From contig OZ245049.1 in assembly GCA_965224465.1 (NCBI GenBank), positions 3,150,001 through 3,182,000 of the forward strand: 32,000 bases of DNA, given 5' to 3'. Under the pieces are notes generated by a model that saw only the letters and a list, made by a program, of their open reading frames with translations, ran no database searches and was not told where the DNA came from. Made by a program: the position numbers and the translations under genes. The stretch is from Flavobacteriaceae bacterium. Lineage in GTDB: Bacteria > Bacteroidota > Bacteroidia > Flavobacteriales > Flavobacteriaceae. Below are positions 8,683-17,143 of this stretch, piece by piece (the stretch's first letter is position 1; each line of letters opens with the position of its first letter).

Positions 8683-8829
8683 CCCAAATATCGGTTTAGA
8701 AATGGAATTACTTTTTGTTTTATCTAGGTGTAAAATTTAAGGATATCCTTAAATATCGTTGTATTTTTTAACAACGCCAGCACGTAAAATAGACTATTTG
8801 TATCGGTTATTTTGGTTTTGGTATAATTG
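8683..8829 (-). repeat. MITE-like repeat, copy D (near full length)
   Basis: The reverse complement reads CAATTATACCAAAACCAAAATAACCGATACAAATAGTCTATTTTACGTGC...ATTTAAGGATATCCTTAAAT...TAATTCCATTTCTAAACCGATATTTGG. It is colinear with copies A and B, with a perfect internal hairpin and a short deletion near the 3' end. It ends 1 nt from the stop codon of the 8831..9232 ORF. Confidence 0.8.
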
Positions 8830-8830
8830 T

Positions 8831-9232
8831 CTATTTTAAAAGAACACCTCGTTTTTCTAAAAGAGGAATCATTCGTAAAGTACTTTCTTTTACGGTTCCT
8901 TTTTCAAACGAGTATCTTTTGTCAAACATTTTATGGTCGTTAAAAAATGTCACATTAAAAAAATTGGTAAGTTTTAAGAGATCTTCTTGCATCAATTCTA
9001 CTTTTGCAAATGATTTTGCAGACATAGATTCTATTTTATGGCGGAACACGGCTGTTTCTTGTAAAGTGTCCTCGTTGTATCCTTTGGATACTATCAGTAC
9101 CATATCTATTGCGGTTTCTTTGTTGTTGATGATGTATGCGTTCCAGTCATCGCATTGAAATTCTGTATTGTATTCCTTTACAATGGCCATGAATACATTT
9201 TCAACCTCGGTAATTTCAATATCTTTTTTCAT
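8831..9232 (-). CDS. hypothetical protein
   Basis: 133-aa ORF with coding-like composition. It lies downstream of and co-oriented with pheS. No motif recognised. Confidence 0.5.
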   Translation of the reverse strand: MKKDIEITEVENVFMAIVKEYNTEFQCDDWNAYIINNKETAIDMVLIVSKGYNEDTLQETAVFRHKIESMSAKSFAKVELMQEDLLKLTNFFNVTFFNDHKMFDKRYSFEKGTVKESTLRMIPLLEKRGVLLK

Positions 9233-9243
9233 AAGAGGGCTTT

Positions 9244-9269
9244 AAAAAAACCACCTTTTTTTAAGGTGG
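9244..9269 (-). terminator. intrinsic terminator of pheS
   Basis: Stem CCACCTT (9251-9257) / AAGGTGG (9263-9269) with loop TTTTT. On the minus strand it is followed by T7 (plus-strand A7 at 9244-9250). It lies 19 nt after the pheS stop and only 11 nt before the next ORF's ATG. Confidence 0.7.
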
Positions 9270-9287
9270 CTTTGTATTTTTTAAGGT

Positions 9288-10307
9288 TTAAAAAGTAGAT
9301 TTAAACTGTTGTAAAAAACGTACGTCGTTTTCGTAAAACATTCGAATATCTGGGATTTGATACAGTAACATTGCAATGCGTTCTATGCCCATTCCAAATG
9401 CAAATCCACTGTATTTTTCAGCATCAATATTGGCGTTTTTTAAAACATTTGGATCTACCATTCCGCAGCCCATTATTTCTAGCCATCCAGTTCCTTTGGT
9501 TATTTTATAGTCAACTTCGGTTTCTAGTCCCCAATAAATATCTACCTCTGCGCTTGGCTCAGTAAACGGGAAATACGAAGGTCTTAATCTGATTTTTGAT
9601 TTCCCAAACATCTCTTTTGTAAAGTACAATAAGGTTTGTTTTAAATCTGCAAAAGACACGTCTGTATCAATATAGAGTCCTTCTACTTGGTGAAAAATAC
9701 AGTGTGCACGAGCAGAAATATCTTCGTTTCTAAACACACGTCCTGGAGAGATTGTACGGATGGGTGGTTGGTTGTTTTCCATGTAGCGTACTTGAACCGA
9801 TGAGGTATGTGTGCGCAATAAAATATCTGGATCTTTTTCAATAAAAAAAGTATCCTGCATGTCTCTAGCAGGGTGGTATTCTGGTAAGTTTAATGCCGTA
9901 AAATTATGCCAGTCATCTTCTATCTCAGGGCCTTCAGAAACGGTAAATCCGATGCGAGAAAACACATCAATAATTTGATTTTTAACAATAGAAATTGGGT
10001 GACGTGCTCCTAGTTCAATAGGTTCAGAGGGTCTGGTTAGGTCGCCAAAAAATCCTTTTTGCTCATCTTTATTTTCCAATTGTTCTTTTAAAAACTGAAC
10101 TTTGGTTTCACTTTCTTTTTTAAGCGTATTTAAGGCCTGCCCAAAATCTTTTTTTTCTGCAGGAGCTACGTTTTTAAATTCAGTAAACAAATCGTTTAAG
10201 ATTCCTTTTTTACCTAAGAATTTAATTCTAAAAGCTTCAATTTCATCATTCGAAGAGGCGTTAAATGCCTTTGCTTCTCCAATTAAGGCTGTTATTTTGT
10301 CTAACAT
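9288..10307 (-). CDS. pheS: phenylalanine--tRNA ligase alpha subunit
   Basis: Class II motifs [31 protein letters not shown] and [14 protein letters not shown]. 339 aa. Confidence 0.95.
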   Translation of the reverse strand: MLDKITALIGEAKAFNASSNDEIEAFRIKFLGKKGILNDLFTEFKNVAPAEKKDFGQALNTLKKESETKVQFLKEQLENKDEQKGFFGDLTRPSEPIELGARHPISIVKNQIIDVFSRIGFTVSEGPEIEDDWHNFTALNLPEYHPARDMQDTFFIEKDPDILLRTHTSSVQVRYMENNQPPIRTISPGRVFRNEDISARAHCIFHQVEGLYIDTDVSFADLKQTLLYFTKEMFGKSKIRLRPSYFPFTEPSAEVDIYWGLETEVDYKITKGTGWLEIMGCGMVDPNVLKNANIDAEKYSGFAFGMGIERIAMLLYQIPDIRMFYENDVRFLQQFKSTF

Positions 10308-10326
10308 TTCTATCGTAGTTAAGCGG

Positions 10327-10334
10327 CAAAAATA
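10327..10334 (-). promoter_or_regulatory. candidate -7 box (TATTTTTG on the minus strand) for pheS
   Basis: Plus-strand CAAAAATA at 10327-10334, 20 nt upstream of the ATG at 10307. Confidence 0.35.
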
Positions 10335-10439
10335 CGATTTTAAAATTATTTTATAGGATTTATCAAGGAGGAATATTTGTAATTATCTTGTGTTGATGGT
10401 ATATCTAAAAAAAACATATTAATTCCCTTTAATTTAATT

Positions 10440-10447
10440 TACATTTG
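10440..10447 (+). promoter_or_regulatory. candidate -7 box (TACATTTG) for the upstream gdh
   Basis: Exact TAnnTTTG match, 38 nt upstream of the ATG at 10485. It sits inside a small palindrome, TTACA-TT-TGTAA. Confidence 0.35.
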
Positions 10448-10484
10448 TAACGTAATTTATTAGGAATAAATAATACGTAAAATT

Positions 10485-11828
10485 ATGGAATCTAAAATTA
10501 AAGCTTTTATGGATTTGGTTGCGTCAAGAGACCAACATCAACCAGAATTCTTGCAGGCAGTGCAGGAAGTTGCTGAAACTGTAATCCCTTATATATCAGG
10601 TAAAAAGATGTATAGTGAAAAAAACTTATTACTTAGAATGGTAGAGCCCGAAAGAGTGTTAACTTTTCGTGTAGCTTGGGTAGATGATTCGGGAGAAATA
10701 CAAGTAAATAGAGGATATCGTATCGAAATGAATTCAGCTATTGGCCCTTATAAAGGAGGCTTGCGTTTTCATCCTACTGTAAATTTGAGTATTTTAAAAT
10801 TCTTAGCTTTTGAGCAAGTATTTAAAAATGCCTTAACTACTTTGCCTATGGGAGGTGGTAAAGGAGGTTCTGATTTTGACCCTAAAGGGAAAACGGACAA
10901 TGAAATAATGCGCTTTTGCCAGTCGTTTATGAGTGAATTGTTCCGTCATATTGGCCCTAATACGGATATCCCTGCTGGAGATATAGGTGTTGGGAGTCGT
11001 GAGATCGGGTATTTGTTTGGAATGTACAAAAAATTGAGAAACGAGTTTACTGGAGTTCTTACTGGAAAGGGGCTTTCTTGGGGAGGTTCTTTGATCCGTC
11101 CTGAGGCTACTGGGTATGGTACCGTGTATTTTGCACAAAGTATGTTGAAGACTCAGAAAGATTCTTTAAAAGGAAAAATAGTGACTGTTTCTGGTGCTGG
11201 AAATGTAGCGCAATACGCTATTGAAAAAGCGACAGAATTAGGAGCTAAAGTGGTTACTTTTTCCGATTCTTCGGGGTATGTATATGATGCAGATGGTGTG
11301 GATGCTGAGAAATTAGCGTTTATTATGGAGTTGAAAAACGAAAGACGTGGTCGTGTAAGTGAGTATGTGACTAAATATCCTTCGGCGAAATTTGTAGCTG
11401 GAGAAAAACCTTGGTCTGTAAAATGTGAGGTAGCATTACCCTGTGCAACTCAAAATGAAATAGACGAGAAGGCTGCTAAAGTATTAATTGCAAACGGAAC
11501 TATCTGTGTAAGTGAAGGGGCTAATATGCCTAGTGTTCCTGAAGCAGTGACCGCATTCCATAAAGCAAAAATATTATATGCTCCAGGGAAAGCATCCAAT
11601 GCTGGTGGAGTAGCAACTTCTGGATTGGAAATGTCTCAAAACTCGTTGCGTATTAATTGGACTCGTACCGAAGTAGATGAGCGCTTAAAACAAATAATGA
11701 TAGATATTCACGCATCATGTTTGAAATATGGAACTCAAGAGGATGGCTATGTGGATTATGTAAGAGGTGCAAATATTGCAGGTTTTGTAAAAGTTGCAGA
11801 TGCCATGTTAGCGCAAGGAATTGTGTAA
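10485..11828 (+). CDS. gdhA: glutamate dehydrogenase, hexameric family, NADP-type coenzyme fingerprint
   Basis: Catalytic block GPYKGGLRFHP, LPMGGGKGGSDFDPKG. The dinucleotide fold VSGAGNVAQYAIEKATELGAKVVTFSDSSG closely resembles E. coli GdhA (GSGNVAQYAIEKA...SDSSG). 447 aa. Confidence 0.9.
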   Translation: MESKIKAFMDLVASRDQHQPEFLQAVQEVAETVIPYISGKKMYSEKNLLLRMVEPERVLTFRVAWVDDSGEIQVNRGYRIEMNSAIGPYKGGLRFHPTVNLSILKFLAFEQVFKNALTTLPMGGGKGGSDFDPKGKTDNEIMRFCQSFMSELFRHIGPNTDIPAGDIGVGSREIGYLFGMYKKLRNEFTGVLTGKGLSWGGSLIRPEATGYGTVYFAQSMLKTQKDSLKGKIVTVSGAGNVAQYAIEKATELGAKVVTFSDSSGYVYDADGVDAEKLAFIMELKNERRGRVSEYVTKYPSAKFVAGEKPWSVKCEVALPCATQNEIDEKAAKVLIANGTICVSEGANMPSVPEAVTAFHKAKILYAPGKASNAGGVATSGLEMSQNSLRINWTRTEVDERLKQIMIDIHASCLKYGTQEDGYVDYVRGANIAGFVKVADAMLAQGIV

Positions 11829-11844
11829 TTTTTTTTTATAATAT

Positions 11845-11880
11845 AAAAAAAGGCTGCCTATGGCGGCCTTTTTTCTTTTC
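11845..11880 (+). terminator. intrinsic terminator after gdhA
   Basis: GGCTGCC (11852-11858), loop TAT, GGCGGCC (11862-11868): a 7-bp GC-rich stem with one G-T pair, followed by TTTTTT. An A run precedes it. Confidence 0.8.
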
Positions 11881-11987
11881 TGTGCACTTTTCTACGCTTC
11901 TTTCTTAGGAGCGGAATTCACATTATTTAAAAAGATTTCAGTTTGAAAACTAATAAATCTTACCTTGCAGAGACTAATTTCACGGAA

Positions 11988-14900
11988 ATGCAAAAAAGAG
12001 AATTGCCGAATTTAAGAACGTATGAATTTCAGGAGTTTGAATTCAATCAGCTAATGCAAAACCGCATTCAGCGAGTGTTAATTGTATGTTCTAATTACGA
12101 TTATTACGGACTGGAGGAAGATGGAAGAATCGAAGAACGTATTTTTAATGAATATACCGATTTAAACCTGAGGTATCCGCCGAGTTTTATACATGCTAAT
12201 TCTGCTAAAAGAGCATTGAAATTAATGGAGTCTCATAAGATAGATCTGATTATTACATGGCTAGACATTGAGAGTTATAAGGCGTATGAAACTGCAGAGC
12301 AGATAAAAGATGCCCATCCAGAGGTGCCTATTGCTGCCTTGAGCCACTATTCTTCTGAGTTGAGTAAAAAGCTGAAATTAGAAAAAAACGAAGTGATTGA
12401 CTATGTGTTTCACTGGAGTGGAAATGTGGATATATTTTTGGCAATTATCAAGTTGACAGAGGATCGCATGAATGCAGAAAAAGACATTAATAAGATTGGG
12501 GTAAAAGCCATTTTATTAGTCGAAGATTCCCTGCGTTTTTATTCGCGTTATATTCCATTGATCTATAAAATTATTTTAAAACAAACTCATGCTTCCATGT
12601 CTGAAGGTTTGAATGAGCACAGGCGTATGAAATTGATGCGGGGACGTCCAAAAATACTTTTGGCTACAACCTATGAAGATGGTTTGTCCTTGTTTGAGAG
12701 TTATCGATACAATTTATTAGGAGTGATTTCCGATGTGTCTTATTCAAAAAATGGAAAGCAAGATGCAGAAGCTGGTTTTATCTTTTTAAAATACGTACGA
12801 TCGTTTAAGCGGTATTTTCCTTTTTTAATTCAGTCGTCTGAAAAGAAAAATGAAAAAAAAGCATTAGAACTCAATGGGAAATTTTTATACAAGCATTCAG
12901 AGACCTTAGAAAAAGAAATTAAAAATTATATTATTAAGTATTTCTCTTTTGGTGATTTTGAATTTTGGGACCCCAATCAAATGAAAGTATTGGCAAAAGT
13001 AAATGATTTGAAAAACTTTCAGAAGGCATTGTCTTTTGTGACCGTTGAGTCTATTTCTTACCATGCCGAACGTAGTGAATATTCAAAATGGTTAAAGTCT
13101 AGGGCTTTATTTCCATTGGCAGATTTGTTTAGTGAGGTGGAGTATTACGATTTTGAGAATCCTGAAGAAATAAGGGATTTTTTGATCGATTCTATCAAGA
13201 CCTATCGCGTGTATCGTTCTCGAGGGGTAATTGCTAAATTTGATAAGAAGAGATACGATGAATATTTAGTGTTTTCAAGAATTGGTGAAGGCGCTTTGGG
13301 TGGAAAAGGACGTGGATTGGCTTTTATCGATTCGTTTCTAAAACGAAATAAATTGTTTAGTAAGTTTAAGGATGTTACCATTTCTATACCGCAAACCGTG
13401 GTGTTGAGTACAGAGGTTTTTGATGAGTTTATGGATACTCACGATTTGATTCAGTTTGTTGCAAAAAATAATGATGATGAGCTTATATTGAAGGAGTTTA
13501 TTTCCAAATCGTTGCCAATATGGGTTCGGGAAGATATTCAGGCGTATTTAGATGTGGCTAAAAACCCTATTGCTGTGCGTTCTTCGAGTGTATTGGAGGA
13601 TTCACATTACCAGCCTTTTGCGGGGGTTTTTGCAACGTATATGGTGCCAAACACCTCTGATGAGAACATGTTGGATATGGTGTGTAATGCTGTAAAATCG
13701 GTGATGGCTTCTGCGTTTTCTCGTAGTAGTAAAGCTTATTTGAAGGCGACGTCACATTCTTTGGAGGAAGATAAAATGGCAGTTATTTTACAAGAAGTGA
13801 TTGGTAAACAATATGAAGATGTCTATTATCCAAACGTTTCTGGAGTGGCTAGATCTATTAATTTTTATCCTTTAGGAGATGAAAAACCAAAGGAGGGAAT
13901 CGCTCATATTGCGATGGGACTCGGAGAGATTATTGTAGGAGGTGGGCGTACACTTAGGTTTTCTCCTTATCATCCTAAAAAAATATTGCAATTATCATCG
14001 CCAGGAGCTTCTCAACGTGATACTCAAAAATTCTTTTATGGCTTAGATATGAATCCAGATAGCTATGTGGTTTCTATTAGTGAGACTGTAAACAAGAAAA
14101 AAATAAGCTTGAGAAAAGCAAAAAATCATGGGTCTTTAAAATTTGTAGCTTCTACGTACGACTTGCAAAACAATGTGATAAGACCAGGAGTTATGCAGGA
14201 TGGAATTCGGGTACTTACTTTTGATCATATTCTTAAATATGATACTTTTCCACTAGCGGATATTTTAAAGGAACTATTGAAAATAGGTCAGCGTGAAATG
14301 CAAAACCCTATAGAAATTGAATTTGCAATAAAGTTAGATGTTCCCAAAGGACAGCCTAAAGAATTTAGTTTTTTGCAAATTAGACCTATTGTAGAAACGG
14401 CAGCTGAGGTAAGTATTGTGCCAGATGATATTGATACTAAAGATACTATTATTTATTCTGAATCTGCCTTGGGTAATGGGAAATACGAAGGGATTGTTGA
14501 TTTTGTATATGTAAAACCAGATACTTTTAATGCAGCAAATACACGTCAAATTGCATTGGCAGTGGAGCAAATGAATAAAAAGTTTGTGGATTCGGGTAAA
14601 AATTATGTACTGGTAGGTCCTGGGCGTTGGGGCTCTAGTGATCCATGGTTAGGAATCCCTGTGATTTGGCCGCAGATTTCAGCAGCAAAAGTAATTGTAG
14701 AGGCTGGATTACATGATTTTAGAATAGATCCTAGCCAAGGGACTCATTTTTTTCAAAATCTAACCTCGTTTAAAGTTGGGTATTTGACCATTAACCCGTT
14801 TATAAATGATGGCTTTTTGGATATTGATTATTTAAATGAACTTGAGGCTGAATTTGAGGATGAGTTTATCCGTCATGTGCATTTTAAAACACCACTTAGT

Positions 14901-15020
14901 ATTTTGATAGAAGGAAGTAAAAACAAGGCGGTTATCTTTAAAGAAGGAGTGGAAATAAAGAAGAAAACAGAGAGTTTGGAAGAATCTATTGATGAATTGC
15001 CGCCAGAGGGATTTCTCTAA
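11988..15020 (+). CDS. two-receiver / PPDK_N-type (PEP/pyruvate-binding, ATP-grasp) domain protein of unknown function
   Basis: The track ORF starts at TTG 11943. The first ATG is at 11988 (MQKRELPNL), which I prefer. Numbering below follows the track.
- Residues 44-175: receiver-like but degenerate. IVCSNYD replaces the acidic pair and DYVFHWSG replaces the conserved Lys.
- Residues 188-320: canonical receiver. LLVEDS, GVISD (Asp264, nt 12732-12734), FLIQSS, FLYKHS.
- Residues about 446-800: PPDK_N-like. GGKGRGLAF, IAVRSSSVLEDSHYQPFAGVFATY, MAVILQEVIG.
- C-terminal block: GPGRWGSSDPWLGIPV...DPSQGTHFFQN.
No GGxTSHAA swivel motif is present. Confidence 0.8.
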   Translation: MQKRELPNLRTYEFQEFEFNQLMQNRIQRVLIVCSNYDYYGLEEDGRIEERIFNEYTDLNLRYPPSFIHANSAKRALKLMESHKIDLIITWLDIESYKAYETAEQIKDAHPEVPIAALSHYSSELSKKLKLEKNEVIDYVFHWSGNVDIFLAIIKLTEDRMNAEKDINKIGVKAILLVEDSLRFYSRYIPLIYKIILKQTHASMSEGLNEHRRMKLMRGRPKILLATTYEDGLSLFESYRYNLLGVISDVSYSKNGKQDAEAGFIFLKYVRSFKRYFPFLIQSSEKKNEKKALELNGKFLYKHSETLEKEIKNYIIKYFSFGDFEFWDPNQMKVLAKVNDLKNFQKALSFVTVESISYHAERSEYSKWLKSRALFPLADLFSEVEYYDFENPEEIRDFLIDSIKTYRVYRSRGVIAKFDKKRYDEYLVFSRIGEGALGGKGRGLAFIDSFLKRNKLFSKFKDVTISIPQTVVLSTEVFDEFMDTHDLIQFVAKNNDDELILKEFISKSLPIWVREDIQAYLDVAKNPIAVRSSSVLEDSHYQPFAGVFATYMVPNTSDENMLDMVCNAVKSVMASAFSRSSKAYLKATSHSLEEDKMAVILQEVIGKQYEDVYYPNVSGVARSINFYPLGDEKPKEGIAHIAMGLGEIIVGGGRTLRFSPYHPKKILQLSSPGASQRDTQKFFYGLDMNPDSYVVSISETVNKKKISLRKAKNHGSLKFVASTYDLQNNVIRPGVMQDGIRVLTFDHILKYDTFPLADILKELLKIGQREMQNPIEIEFAIKLDVPKGQPKEFSFLQIRPIVETAAEVSIVPDDIDTKDTIIYSESALGNGKYEGIVDFVYVKPDTFNAANTRQIALAVEQMNKKFVDSGKNYVLVGPGRWGSSDPWLGIPVIWPQISAAKVIVEAGLHDFRIDPSQGTHFFQNLTSFKVGYLTINPFINDGFLDIDYLNELEAEFEDEFIRHVHFKTPLSILIEGSKNKAVIFKEGVEIKKKTESLEESIDELPPEGFL

Positions 15021-15086
15021 TGTTTTTGTTGTAGAATTCGTGATTTAAATGAGTGAAAATTACGGCTATTACCATAAAATAATATT

Positions 15087-15094
15087 AAGTTTGT
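15087..15094 (+). promoter_or_regulatory. candidate -7 box (TAAGTTTG) for the downstream gdh
   Basis: Exact TAnnTTTG match, 62 nt upstream of the ATG at 15156. Confidence 0.35.
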
Positions 15095-15155
15095 AGAGCG
15101 TTAAATGGCAAGTCGTGTTGCTTTTTGATTGAACACAAATTTATACGAAATTATT

Positions 15156-16493
15156 ATGAATGCAAACGAGATAATAAATAATTTAGAAGCCAAACATCCT
15201 GGTGAAAAAGAGTATTTACAAGCAGTACATGAGGTTTTAGAATCAATAGAGACTGTGTATAACGAAAACCCTCAGTATGAGGCTGCTAAAATTATTGAGC
15301 GATTGGTAGAACCAGATCGTATTTTTACTTTTAGGATTTCCTGGATGGATGATGCGGGGAATGTAAATGTAAATATAGGGTACAGAGTCCAATTTAACAA
15401 TGCAATTGGCCCTTATAAAGGTGGCTTGAGATTACACCCAAGTGTAAACTTGAGTATTCTTAAGTTTTTAGGTTTTGAGCAAATATTTAAAAATGCCTTA
15501 ACTACCTTACCAATGGGTGGAGGTAAAGGAGGTTCTGATTTTAATCCTAAAGGGAAATCAGACAACGAAATTATGCGTTTCTGTCAAGCGTTTATGTTAG
15601 AATTATGGCGCGTTATTGGCCCAAATACAGATGTTCCTGCTGGGGATATTGGAACTGGTGGACGTGAAATTGGTTTTATGTACGGTATGTATAAAAAACT
15701 ACAACAGGAAAATGCTGGTATTCTTACAGGTAAAGGATTGAATTGGGGTGGTTCTTTGATTCGTCCAGAAGCAACTGGTTTTGGAGCAACGTATTTTGCA
15801 AATCAAATGTTGACCTATAATAAAGATACTTTTAAAGGTAAAACTGTGGCTGTTTCTGGATTTGGAAATGTGGCTTGGGGGGTTGCTTTAAAAGTAACAG
15901 AACTCGGCGGTAAAGTCCTAACTATTTCTGGTCCTGATGGTTATATCTATGATAAAGATGGGTTAGATGCAGATAAAATTGATTATTTATTAGAATTAAG
16001 AGCTTCTAATAACGACATCGTTTCTCCATTTGCTGAGGAATTTCCTGAAGCCGTTTTTGTAGCAGGTAAAAAACCTTGGGAAGTGAAATGTGATATTGCG
16101 ATGCCAAGCGCAATTCAAAACGAATTAAATGGTGATGATGCAAAATTATTGATTGCAAATGGATTGAAATATGCTGTGGAAGTTTCGAATATGGGTTGTA
16201 CGCCTGAGGCGATAGCTGCATTCCATGAAGGGCAAGTGCCTTTTGCTCCTGGTAAAGCTGCAAATGCTGGAGGAGTTGCAGTTTCTGGTTTGGAAATGTC
16301 TCAAAATGCCATGAAGTTAAACTGGTCTAAAGAGGAAGTGGACGAGAAACTTAAAGTGATCATGACTTCAATACATGAGGCTTGTAAAAAATACGGTACA
16401 CAGGAAGATGGATTTGTTGATTATGTAAAAGGAGCAAATATTGCTGGTTTTATTAAAGTGGCAGATTCTATGTTAGATCAAGGAGTGATTTAA
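15156..16493 (+). CDS. glutamate dehydrogenase, hexameric family, NAD-type coenzyme fingerprint
   Basis: The track starts at TTG 15129. The in-frame ATG at 15156 (MNANEIINNLEAKHPGEKEYLQAV) aligns with the N-terminus of the other paralog. The catalytic block is the same as in gdhA. The dinucleotide fold is VSGFGNVAWGVALKVTELGGKVLTISGPDG, as in Clostridium symbiosum-type NAD-GDH (GFGNVAW...SGPDG). Confidence 0.9.
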   Translation: MNANEIINNLEAKHPGEKEYLQAVHEVLESIETVYNENPQYEAAKIIERLVEPDRIFTFRISWMDDAGNVNVNIGYRVQFNNAIGPYKGGLRLHPSVNLSILKFLGFEQIFKNALTTLPMGGGKGGSDFNPKGKSDNEIMRFCQAFMLELWRVIGPNTDVPAGDIGTGGREIGFMYGMYKKLQQENAGILTGKGLNWGGSLIRPEATGFGATYFANQMLTYNKDTFKGKTVAVSGFGNVAWGVALKVTELGGKVLTISGPDGYIYDKDGLDADKIDYLLELRASNNDIVSPFAEEFPEAVFVAGKKPWEVKCDIAMPSAIQNELNGDDAKLLIANGLKYAVEVSNMGCTPEAIAAFHEGQVPFAPGKAANAGGVAVSGLEMSQNAMKLNWSKEEVDEKLKVIMTSIHEACKKYGTQEDGFVDYVKGANIAGFIKVADSMLDQGVI

Positions 16494-16508
16494 TAGCCTT
16501 ATATGACA

Positions 16509-16663
16509 CCAATTACAATCCAAAATAACCGATATAAATAGTTTATTTTGCGTTCTAGAGTTGTTTAAAAATAGAATGATAGCTAAGGTTATCCATCCAT
16601 TTTTCGCCTAGCTAGAACAAAAAATAATTCCATTTCTAAACCGTCACTTGGAAATGTATTTGG
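16509..16663 (+). repeat. MITE-like repeat, copy A (full length, 155 bp)
   Basis: CCAATTACAATCCAAAATAACCGATATAAATAGTTTATTTTGCG...GATAGCTAAGGTTATCC...CGCCTAGCTAGAACAAAAAATAATTCCATTTCTAAACCGTCACTTGGAAATGTATTTGG. The termini are an imperfect inverted repeat: CCAATTACA versus the reverse complement of TGTATTTGG, which is CCAAATACA. It starts 15 nt after the gdh stop. Confidence 0.85.
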
Positions 16664-16672
16664 TACGATACT

Positions 16673-16701
16673 AAAAAAGCAGCCAATTTGGCTGCTTTTT
16701 T
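16673..16701. terminator. bidirectional intrinsic terminator
   Basis: A6, GCAGCC (16679-16684), loop AATTT, GGCTGC (16690-16695), T6. It lies between convergent gdh (+) and the MORN-repeat gene (-). Confidence 0.8.
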
Positions 16702-16721
16702 AGTATATACTTGCTTCTTTG

Positions 16722-17060
16722 TTACAGCGTGATTTCTTTTTTATCTAGGGCTATAATTTTATTGTTTTTGTAGGTGATGATGTTCACCACTGTAGCTTTG
16801 TAGTATTTCCAAACACCTTCTTTTTTTCCTTTTTTATAGTTGGCAATACTGGTGATGTTTCCTTCTCTGTTGTAGCTAGTCCAAGTACCATCTAAGTCGC
16901 CTTTGCCATTAAAATAACCGACTTTTTCTATGGATGCGTTGTCTTGGTAATAATATGTTGCTTTTACTTTTTTGTTTATTTTTTCGTAATCTATACGTTG
17001 TTTCTGTGCAAACCCTGTCAATACAAATAATGCTATTACGATGCTAAATAATCCCCTCAT
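16722..17060 (-). CDS. MORN-variant repeat (YwqK-like) secreted or periplasmic protein
   Basis: GKGDLDGTWTSYNREGNITSIANYKKGKKEGVWKYY is the MORN variant repeat. I prefer the internal ATG at 17060 (MRGLFSIVIALFVLTGFAQ, a signal peptide) over the track start at 17135. Confidence 0.65.
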   Translation of the reverse strand: MRGLFSIVIALFVLTGFAQKQRIDYEKINKKVKATYYYQDNASIEKVGYFNGKGDLDGTWTSYNREGNITSIANYKKGKKEGVWKYYKATVVNIITYKNNKIIALDKKEITL

Positions 17061-17143
17061 GGCTCTATGTTTTAAAATTGATAAATTGTTTTTTTTTGAT
17101 AGTATAAAATTAAGGATTTTATATCTCGTTAACAATTTAATGA

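Noticed and set aside
11943-11987. Upstream TTG/GTG starts used by the ORF track (11943, 15129, 21742, 29958, 17135).
   Set aside because: In each case an in-frame ATG a few codons downstream gives an N-terminus that matches family expectations: MHE for HypA, a signal peptide for the MORN protein, and alignment between the two GDH paralogs.
16722-17135. MORN-variant / YwqK-like protein as a toxin-antitoxin 'antitoxin'.
   Set aside because: It has a signal peptide, there is no adjacent toxin gene, and the neighbours are convergent or unrelated. The family name reflects annotation transfer rather than evidence here.
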